A stretch of DNA of 64,000 nucleotides from Patescibacteria group bacterium (GTDB taxonomy: Bacteria > Patescibacteriota > Patescibacteriia > PEXW01): NCBI GenBank assembly GCA_038063455.1, contig JBBTVB010000002.1, forward strand, positions 193,296-257,295, given 5' to 3'. Shown piece by piece: positions 9,590 through 17,600 of this stretch. The notes beneath the pieces are model-generated. The model did not search any database and was not told where the DNA came from. It was given only the letters and a program-made list of their open reading frames with translations. The first letter of the stretch is position 1. Each line of letters opens with the position of its first letter. The translations under genes were made by a program, and so were the position numbers.

Positions 9590-9928
9590 GTGCAAAGAAC
9601 TTCAGATGTTAATGTTTTCGAGGTGAGGCGCAGGATTGTATTAACACTCCTGGCTTCAATGGTTCTTACTGGGTGGGATGTCCTCATTACAATAGTCCTA
9701 TCTCAACGAGGGGGGTGGTTCCCAGCAACTGTATTAATGTGGCTAGTTACCCTGCTATCTGTTTACTTTATAAGTCACCACATCTGGAATATTGAAAGTG
9801 GGCTTACTTTTATCATCGAGCCAATGGGGTACAATAAATTCATTGGCAACCCACATGTTCATACCGTGCTGCTGCGATGCCTGCCTGTGCTCTGTATAGG
9901 AATCGTTATACTCTTTGCTACAGCCTAA
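9590..9928 (+). CDS. small multi-pass membrane protein, unknown function
   Basis: 112-aa ORF with a GTG start 6 nt after AAGGAG. Three to four hydrophobic helices. Locally AT-richer than its flanks and on the strand opposite the surrounding cluster. Confidence 0.6.
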   Translation: MQRTSDVNVFEVRRRIVLTLLASMVLTGWDVLITIVLSQRGGWFPATVLMWLVTLLSVYFISHHIWNIESGLTFIIEPMGYNKFIGNPHVHTVLLRCLPVLCIGIVILFATA

Positions 9929-9945
9929 GACATGCATCTTCGGTT

Positions 9946-9982
9946 ACTCCCCGCGTAGCACACTGCGCGGGGAGTTTTTTAT
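9946..9982 (+). terminator. rho-independent terminator
   Basis: ACTCCCCGCG-N9-CGCGGGGAGT followed by a T tract (TTTTTTA). Confidence 0.7.
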
Positions 9983-10043
9983 TTGCCAAAAGCACTGTGC
10001 GCTTCGAGAGAATGTTTAAGGTAAATATTTTCCAGATTCGTAG

Positions 10044-10093
10044 GGGTCGAGCAAGCTCGACCCAAACCCTGCTGGGCAGAGCAAGCTCTGCCC
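10044..10093 (-). terminator. two tandem hairpins sharing the loop GCAAGC
   Basis: GGGTCGA-GCAAGC-TCGACCC and GGGCAGA-GCAAGC-TCTGCCC, located just downstream of the stop at 10105. Confidence 0.5.
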
Positions 10094-10104
10094 CTACACC
10101 TTTA

Positions 10105-11226
10105 TCACTTCCGCCGCCGCATGAAAAAAATTGCACCGCCGCAGAGCAGGATGAGTACCGCACCCACACCAAGGATTGGCAAATATGGTTGACGTTTCGC
10201 TGCAACATGCACGCCCGCAATTTTTGCTTGGCGTTGGTTGCCGGCAGCATCATACGCAGTTACGAGCAGGGCTTTTTGCTGCTTCTGATCTTGTAAAATA
10301 TATGGGCTCGTAGCGGGGTTGGTAACGGTGTCCCCTTCCTGCACGGTGTAGCGCACCACTGCAGACATTACGTCGGTGGCTTGAAACACCAGCACGCGTT
10401 TGCCGGGCACAACATCGCTGGTAACCACCGGTGTAAAATCTTCTGGGCTGGTGGTGTCGACCAGCACCCGACGAATTGCAACCGTACGCCAGCTATCTTT
10501 GGGCAAACGCTCACGCAACACAAAGTAGTGCGCGCCGTCGGCTACGTTGGCATAGGTTGTGGTTGCCACGGCCGTGCCAAACCGTTCATCGGGCAAGGCG
10601 CCGGGGTCGTCGGCCAGAATAAATGCGTAGCTCGCGCCGGTGGTGGGCGTCCAGGCAAGGTGCACGTCGTTGGTCGCGTACCACACCTGCTCTTGCGGGT
10701 GCGTTGTTGAGGTAAGACTAAGCGCGCTATCGTTGACTCCCACCGTTACGACGCTGGCTTCGGTGCGTAACTCGGCAGCCGTACCCAACCCGTCATTCAG
10801 CCGCACGCTGCTGGCAATGCTGTCCAGTACAAAACTGGTTGCCCCCAGCTGCTTGGGCCGGAACACCAGCGAAAGCACGCGACCGTTAATAACATAACTG
10901 CCGTTGGGCACGCCGCCCGTAAACGTTACCGTCCCGGCCACGGCGTCCACGGTCGGGCCAGCGACCCACAGGGTAAGAAACGACCCAGCCTTCGACACCT
11001 CGACAACTTCCAATGCCGCCGGGTCGTAGCTCACCTTGCCTTCGACGGCATTTACCACATCCTGCCCGCTATTTAGCCGTACTTCAACCACCGCGAGCTG
11101 GTCTTGCGGTGCAGTCATTTTTGCCGGTTGCACCGAAAGCACGGCCGCGCGCGCCACGGGCGCAGCAGCACCAAGAAGTACAAGGCCGAGAATGAACGCG
11201 CGAAATAGACGCATATGGTTAGCCAT
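10105..11226 (-). CDS. cohesin-like domain type I membrane protein (paralog 3)
   Basis: Signal peptide, cohesin-like domain (LSVQPAKMTAPQDQLAVVEVRL..GKVSYDPAALEV..GTVTFTGGVPNG), TTHPQEQVWY..DGAHYFVLRE module, and a C-terminal TM helix followed by RRRK. Confidence 0.8.
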   Translation of the reverse strand: MANHMRLFRAFILGLVLLGAAAPVARAAVLSVQPAKMTAPQDQLAVVEVRLNSGQDVVNAVEGKVSYDPAALEVVEVSKAGSFLTLWVAGPTVDAVAGTVTFTGGVPNGSYVINGRVLSLVFRPKQLGATSFVLDSIASSVRLNDGLGTAAELRTEASVVTVGVNDSALSLTSTTHPQEQVWYATNDVHLAWTPTTGASYAFILADDPGALPDERFGTAVATTTYANVADGAHYFVLRERLPKDSWRTVAIRRVLVDTTSPEDFTPVVTSDVVPGKRVLVFQATDVMSAVVRYTVQEGDTVTNPATSPYILQDQKQQKALLVTAYDAAGNQRQAKIAGVHVAAKRQPYLPILGVGAVLILLCGGAIFFMRRRK

Positions 11227-12083
11227 TACTTTGTATCGGTCCAGAAGAAAAGCATGACCGAGAAGTCGATAATGTTTACCGTGCCATCGTGGTTTATATC
11301 CGCGCGCGCATTTGCGGGCGTACGTTGCTGCCAGTAAAATAGCAGGATACTAAAGTCGATGATATCAACTTTCGTGTCTTTGTTTATATCGGCGTCAATA
11401 AACCCGGCATCTGGGTCGGTTACCGATGCCACGGTAAATGCCACCGTATTACTAAACTCGGAAATCATTCCATTTGGGTCTTCCGCTTTTGAGCGTGCGG
11501 TGTGGCTGCCCGCTTGCAAATCATCAGCAAAAAGTTGCTTGGTCCACAACCCGTCTGTGCCAGCCGTCGTGGTGTACTCACGTTCAGTTTCGGACGCAAC
11601 ATACACGTGGACTGTGCTGGTGGGGCTGGTGGCCCCAAAAACCGTGACGGTCTCGCCCAGGGTAAGGGACGTGCGGTCAGCAACGATTGTGGGCCCTAAA
11701 AATATGCCCGAGATAGTAACTGTTGTGCCAGTGGTTAGCGTTACGGTAAAGCTTGACGTCGGGCTTTGCCGGCTTACTGCATCCGCAGAAAAGATGGTAA
11801 AGGTATACGTGCCAGCAGCCAAGCTACCTACCGATACTTCAAAACGTGCTTGCGGGTCAGCAGGAACTTGCACCACCGTTACCCCATCTTTCTGGATAGT
11901 GACGGTAGACGATGGGTACGCAATGCCTTTAAAAATAACCGCAGTTGGCGGCGGTTCGGGCGGGATTGGACTGGGGACTGTGGCAGTGACCGAAATGTCT
12001 ATTGCCTGAGCAGCGGTGCTACCAAGTACAACAAAAAGTACCGCCAGGGTTGCCAATGTCCGGGACCAGCGACCGGTACGCAT
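11226..12083 (-). CDS. secreted protein with Ig-like repeats and a C-terminal type I dockerin
   Basis: Start set at the ATG at 12083 (MRTGRWSRTLATLAVLFVVLGSTAAQA signal peptide). Two dockerin F-hand segments: DINKDTKVDIIDFSILLFYW and DINHDGTVNIIDFSVMLFFW. Confidence 0.75.
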   Translation of the reverse strand: MRTGRWSRTLATLAVLFVVLGSTAAQAIDISVTATVPSPIPPEPPPTAVIFKGIAYPSSTVTIQKDGVTVVQVPADPQARFEVSVGSLAAGTYTFTIFSADAVSRQSPTSSFTVTLTTGTTVTISGIFLGPTIVADRTSLTLGETVTVFGATSPTSTVHVYVASETEREYTTTAGTDGLWTKQLFADDLQAGSHTARSKAEDPNGMISEFSNTVAFTVASVTDPDAGFIDADINKDTKVDIIDFSILLFYWQQRTPANARADINHDGTVNIIDFSVMLFFWTDTK

Positions 12084-12090
12084 GGACGAC

Positions 12091-13131
12091 CTACGCGGTT
12101 CCCTTCGGCGGATTTTGGTTTTTACCGGCCTGGGATTTTGCAACCACCCACTTGTTATACCGCTTGATAAGTACAATGAGCACAACCAGCACAATGATAA
12201 AGCCTAGGCCCCACACCAGCAGCACGTGCCAAGGGAACACAATAAACGTCGTGGTGGCATTCGTTACAACCCCGCCAGTCTGGCCAGCCGTAAGCGCTAG
12301 CGTGGCCGTGTACTTGCCAAAACCAAAGTTTGCTCGTTCGTTGCTGTATTCTTCCCAAAACTTGCCCCAAGCATTGCTGGCTGTTGCAGTAACCACGCCT
12401 TTTTCCCAAACCGCATCATAGCTGCGGGAGGTTTTTGGGAGTGTTGAACGCTTGGTTGGGTTTACGGCAATAGTGCCAACCACTTTTTTGCTCATGCCGG
12501 TAATCGTAATCTCGCCTGACGGCTTAAGGTGGATGTTGCCTGTGTTTTGATACACGGTATTAAAAGTAACCGGTAAACGGTTGGTGCGCGCAACTGTGCT
12601 AAACGCTGTAAGTGCGGCCGACTCAATAACTTCCCCTTCAATGCGCACCAGAAGCAGCGTACCAATGCCTTGGGTAATTGCGAGTTGTGGCTGGTTTGCA
12701 CCAGTGGCTGCTGGCAGCTTGGAAGAAAAGGCGACAATGCCATAGTGCCCGCCAGGTGCAGCATCAGCCGGCACATCGACGGTTATCGTTATTTCTTTGC
12801 GGCCTTGGGGTTCTAGCACAACTGGGGCGGGGTCAAGCGTAATCCAGGTGGCAATGTCTTCTTTTGGTGTGCCAAAATCATACACTGGGAGGCCTTCATC
12901 TGGGCCTGAAGAAAAAGTCGTCGCATCTACAAACAGCTCTTGTTTCGTGTCCCCTTCGTTATACAGCTTTACAACAAATTCTGCCTGGTTGCCAGGTTGC
13001 ACCGTAAATTCAATAGAAGGCGGGCTTATAGTAAGTGCCTGTGCGGGGTTGGTACCAGTAAGTAAGCCGGCAATACCTAACGCAATGGCTAGGATCCCCG
13101 ACGTTAGGTATTTATTTTGCTTAGTCTGCAT
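12091..13131 (-). CDS. DUF916/DUF3324-like (CscA/WxL-interacting-protein-like) cell-surface protein with C-terminal TM anchor
   Basis: Signal peptide. First half: LTISPPSIEFTVQPGNQAEFVVKLYNEGD..WITLDPAPVVLEPQGRKEITITVDVPADAAPGGHYGIVAF. Second beta-sandwich half: LLLVRIEGEV..VYQNTGNIHLKPSGEITI. C-terminal TM helix followed by KRYNK. Confidence 0.65.
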   Translation of the reverse strand: MQTKQNKYLTSGILAIALGIAGLLTGTNPAQALTISPPSIEFTVQPGNQAEFVVKLYNEGDTKQELFVDATTFSSGPDEGLPVYDFGTPKEDIATWITLDPAPVVLEPQGRKEITITVDVPADAAPGGHYGIVAFSSKLPAATGANQPQLAITQGIGTLLLVRIEGEVIESAALTAFSTVARTNRLPVTFNTVYQNTGNIHLKPSGEITITGMSKKVVGTIAVNPTKRSTLPKTSRSYDAVWEKGVVTATASNAWGKFWEEYSNERANFGFGKYTATLALTAGQTGGVVTNATTTFIVFPWHVLLVWGLGFIIVLVVLIVLIKRYNKWVVAKSQAGKNQNPPKGTA

Positions 13132-13265
13132 AGATATGTCTATTCAAAACTACCCCCAAACTATAGCACATTTTGACTAACCAATATACCGAACCAACAA
13201 CAAGTACCCGGAGAGCCCTGTGCGTAGGCCTTCAGGCAATGTCCATATGTACTGCGCCGGACACC

Positions 13266-14375
13266 TTAAAACGTACCGGTAGCAATGTAGGTGATGCTCG
13301 TCGAGTAGGCGCCGGCTTCGGTGGCTGCCGAAATGTTGGTAATGTAGTGCGCGTCGATGGTGGTGGAAGCAACCGGCGCGGAGGTCGAGAGCACCGGGAG
13401 GGTTGAGCTGGCAACGAACTTGAAGTTGTTCGAGTTCTCGTCGTACGCAGAGGTATCAGCAAAAGTAAAGGCCGAACCGTTGTCATCAAAACCCATGGCG
13501 AATTGTTCGGTGCCAGGGGTGCCGTCGGCATCGCCCGCAATGGTGGCCACGCTAATGGTGCCGCTGCTTGCCGTGAGGGTTGCGCCGTTGTACGTGAGCG
13601 CGACACCAGACACTGCGTTGGTCCCGAGCGAGAAGGTGTGGGCCGCTTCGCTGGTAGAATCGCAGGCTGCTGGTGGCGTACCATTGGCCCAGCACTCTTG
13701 GGTGGCATCCAGCACCCCAAAGCCAACGGCGACGTCAGAGATAGAGAAGGTCACGGATGGGTCGACCGTGGCGGTCACACTGACCGAGTCGTCGGCAATG
13801 ATTTCGACGGCCAAGCTGCCCGAGTCGCTCGCGCCAGAAGTGATGGTAATCTTTGGGTCGGTGGTGTTTTGGGCCGTCGACTGGTTGTCAATCTGGTTTG
13901 CACCGGTACCAGAGGCTGTGGCATGGGTACCAATTTCAACGGTAATAGTTTCACTACCCGTAAAGTCGCCACCGTCACCTGTACAGAGGGTGAAGGTAAC
14001 AGTCTGACCAGAGATAACCACACTCGCATCTTCTGCTGCGGTACAGTCTGCCGCTGTAGTTAACTCGCCTTCCGTGCTACCAGCAATGTCCACATCATCT
14101 TCTATAATACCGGTTAAGCTAAAACCGGTTGGGAAAGTGAGAACAATGGTTGCCGCGTTTGCAACCCCCGATGGTGACACCCAAGAAATGGTGTGGTTTG
14201 CGTTTGCGGTGGTTGCAATGGTGGACAGTGTATCTTTAAAACTGGTAACTGCTGCTGCACGTGCCGGGCTTACCGGCAGGAACATGGCAAACAGGCCAAG
14301 TATCGCAACAACCGCAACGGCTTTGCGGGCCGCTCGGTGAGTCTTTAGAGTATTGAGGGTAAAATGCATATGCAT
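13266..14375 (-). CDS. secreted protein with WxL-like C-terminal module
   Basis: Signal peptide ending in ARAAA. The last ~150 aa are homologous to the C-terminus of the giant protein. The protein ends in ..AGAYSTSITYIATGTF. Confidence 0.6.
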   Translation of the reverse strand: MHMHFTLNTLKTHRAARKAVAVVAILGLFAMFLPVSPARAAAVTSFKDTLSTIATTANANHTISWVSPSGVANAATIVLTFPTGFSLTGIIEDDVDIAGSTEGELTTAADCTAAEDASVVISGQTVTFTLCTGDGGDFTGSETITVEIGTHATASGTGANQIDNQSTAQNTTDPKITITSGASDSGSLAVEIIADDSVSVTATVDPSVTFSISDVAVGFGVLDATQECWANGTPPAACDSTSEAAHTFSLGTNAVSGVALTYNGATLTASSGTISVATIAGDADGTPGTEQFAMGFDDNGSAFTFADTSAYDENSNNFKFVASSTLPVLSTSAPVASTTIDAHYITNISAATEAGAYSTSITYIATGTF

Positions 14376-14411
14376 TGGCCTAAATAGTGAGTTTTATTTT
14401 AACTAAGAAAT

Positions 14412-14440
14412 AGTATAGCACAGAACCAGAAAATATGCAA
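14412..14440 (-). promoter_or_regulatory. sigma-70-type promoter TTGCAT-N17-TATACT
   Basis: Read on the minus strand upstream of the 369-aa gene. Confidence 0.5.
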
Positions 14441-14452
14441 ACCCACGTAATG

Positions 14453-14612
14453 AATTACCACCCCGTCTCCCGCAGTAGCGGGATCCACCCCTCCTTATTC
14501 AAGGAGGGGATGCAATACTTGACTCTGCCTCCCCTCCTCGGTTGAGGAGGGGGCCGAAGGCGGCGCGACCCATCGGGAGCGACTGGAGCCCCGAAGGGGC
14601 GGGGTGGTAATT
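14453..14612. repeat. 160-nt hairpin-rich element bounded by 13-bp perfect terminal inverted repeats
   Basis: AATTACCACCCCG (14453-14465) pairs with CGGGGTGGTAATT (14600-14612). Internal hairpins: TCCCGC/GCGGGA, CCCCTCCTT/AAGGAGGGG, CCCCTCCTC/GAGGAGGGG and GCCCC-GAAG-GGGC. Confidence 0.55.
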
Positions 14613-14613
14613 T

Positions 14614-17600
14614 TTAAAACGTCCCCGTGACAATGTACGTTACGGCAGTGGTGTACGTGCCCGGCTGGGTGATTGTGGCAATGTTACACATGTAGTACAC
14701 GCTCGCCGTTTCGGTTGTGGTTGTAGCGGTAGTTTTCGTAAGTAACGGCGTCGTGGTGCTCGGCACGAATGAATAGTTGTTACTGGCCTGCTGGTATGCC
14801 GAGGGTATGGTACCGCTGCCGCTGGTGGTAATACCCATGGCAAATTGCTTGCTGCCTGGGGTGCCGTCAGCATCGCCGGTGAACGTAGCAGCGGTTATGG
14901 TTTCGGGGCCGGTGAGCGTGGCACCATTGTATGTGAGCGCGTACCCTTCGAACGCGCTCGTCGTAATCGCCAGCGTGTGCGCCGCAACTGCACTCCCCGA
15001 ACCCGTGGCATCGGCACTTGCCCACCGCGCGGCACTGCTAGAAAGGGTGCCAAAACCTACGGCCACATCGTTTATGGCAAAGGTGAGGGTATGAATATTC
15101 CAACAGCTATTGCCGCCGATGTCGTGGCTAGTGCCGTCGCTAGCGTCAATGTCTGGCGCTTGGCCGCAGGCATTGGAGTCTTTTACTTCCGTATACGTCA
15201 CCGCTCGGGTGCCAGCCACATTCACATTCCACTGCGTGCCGCCGGTGGAGCTGCGCAACGCCACCCGCGTGCCTGTGGCTTGCCCGTTGAGCGTAAGGTG
15301 TTGCAACGTGTAGGTGCCGCTCGCCAGAAAACGCAGCTTGGTGCTGGCCGTGCTGGCATTAAAAGTGTTAGCAGTATCCGCAGCGGCAGCAAAGATAACA
15401 GAGGGCGACGAAACCGGATCCGAACCCGAAGCATTGGTAATAGTGAGGTTATAGAAACGGTCACTGGCACCAGTCAGTTGGCCATCCACCGTCTGCTGGC
15501 TCGCACCGTCCAGCGTTACCGTACCAGTGCCATCCGTAAAGTCGCCGTTGTTGGTCCAGTTGCCTGCCACGGTGAATGCTGCGGTTGACGAGGCTTGCAG
15601 TGTCGTACCCGAACCAATTGTGACGGCACCGTTGGCATCGATAATGCGGTCGTTGGTTTCATTATCCACAACCAGCGACGTGCCGCTGTTGGTGGTGGTT
15701 AACGTATTCGCGACAATCGTTTGTCCGGTGCCGGTACTATTAAAGGTAATGGTCGGCGTACCAGACGAAGCCGTAAACGTGAGATTGTAGAACGTCCAGT
15801 TGGTGGCCACGGCTACGTTGGTGCCAAAACTCTTGCTGGCAGCAACCGACTGCGTGAAAGTATTAGAGCCGGCACTGTTCATAGTAATGGTGCCGCATGA
15901 GGCGCCGCACTGTACATTGCCATTCACCGTTACGCTGGCTGTGCCCGTGGCCGTATCAAACGTCCCAGCCGTCATGGTCAGGTCGTTAGTGACGGTCATA
16001 GTGTTCGTCAGCGGTGACCACGCCCCGCCCGAGCCGTTGAAAATAACATTATAGAAACTGGAAGCTCCGTTGTTGATGGTCTTGCCCGTACCCGTGGACT
16101 TAAAATTGACCGTTGTGGTGTTGTGCGTGAACGTGCTGCTATTGGTCCAGTTGCCAAACACGTCGAACGTGGCGCTACCCGTGCCCACCAGCGTGCCGGC
16201 GTTGCTCAAGTGGTGGGTGGCAAGGGTTTCGGTCGTGCCGATGGTAAGCGTATTGCTCGCTTTCATCGTAAGCTGTTCGGTGCTGTAACCGCCGAGGCCA
16301 TCCACGGTGAGCACGCTGACATTGGCCGTGTGCATGATGTCTTCGCTCTGGTCATTGTCATACAGGCCTAGGTCCGTGAGTACCAAACTGGCGTTGTCGT
16401 CGCTGCCCACAGTGAGCACGTTCGTATCCAGCGCTAGCCCGCCGATATTCCCCGTGCCATCGTACTTCGTCACGCCAGTCGTCTCGGCCGCATCGACTGC
16501 TGATTCAACGTAGACCGTTACTTTGTCGCCCGAGCTCACGCTCACCCCGGTAATTGTCCAGGTGGCAGCGAGCGTGGTGGTCTGTGCTTGGAGCGAGCTA
16601 TTCACCGCCACCCGCACGGTGCCGCCGGAGCTATTCGAGGTACCCGCCACGTCAATACCGGTAGGAAACGTCCAGTTGGTATTATTAGCACAGTCTTTGC
16701 TGGTACCATCGGTCGCAATCACCGTATTACCGGTAGCGGTGGAATATGACACATCTACGTACGTCACCGTTTGCGTCACTGGCGCGGCCAAAGTCCACAC
16801 CGACGTTGTAGAAGATCGAAGCACTACCCGGTTACCAACGCCGCCCTGTAAATTGAGCGTTGTGGAAACGGTGACCGTAGAACCTGCCAAGAACTGCACC
16901 TTCACACCCGCCGTCGCAATATTCAGCGTCGCGGTAGTGACGCTCGCCGCGAAAATTACCCCGTACGCCGAGGGTGTGCCGCAGCTATCGTTGGTGTACG
17001 TGCCGTTGATATTCGTAATAGTCAGGACGTTAAAATCCGAACTGCCAGTCATGGTTGCGCTCAAGGTCTGCTGGCCCGTACCGTTTAACGTGACCGTGCC
17101 GCCGCTGTCTGTAAACGTACCGCTGTTCGCGTAGTCGCCTTTTAGGTTAAGCGCCCCACCGCTAGGAGCAGTTAACGTAGTGTCTGCCGCAATAGTTGTG
17201 TTGCCGCCCACGGTAAAGGTGGGGTCGTTGGTGTTCAGGTCGACAATGGTGGTGCTGGAGCCGGTGCCGCTATTGAGGAGTTCTAATTTGCCCGCCAGGG
17301 TTATGGTCTGGCTGCCAGCAGTGCCCACAGCGAGCGTACGGCCGGCCGTGGTGCTGCTGTTGTCCACTTCTACCAACTGGTAGTCGGTGCGCTGGCTCAT
17401 GGTTTGGTTGCCGCCGTTGGCGTCAAACCGCAATATAATCCCACTGGCCAGCGTGCCGCCGGTGGGGAAAGCCGTCGTGCTGCGGTAGGTATACCGACCC
17501 GGTCCGCTCAGCGTCCCACTAAGGGTGAGCGTGGTACCGGTGTGCGTGAGCGTCCGGCTGGTATCAACGATAAGATCGTCAGCAGAAGTAATACTGAGCG

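Noticed and set aside
14453-14612. Considered whether the GC-rich hairpin clusters (also 25179-25325 and 26567-26731) are a CRISPR array.
   Set aside because: There are no regularly spaced identical direct repeats and no cas genes in the window. The units are inverted repeats or hairpins of varying sequence.
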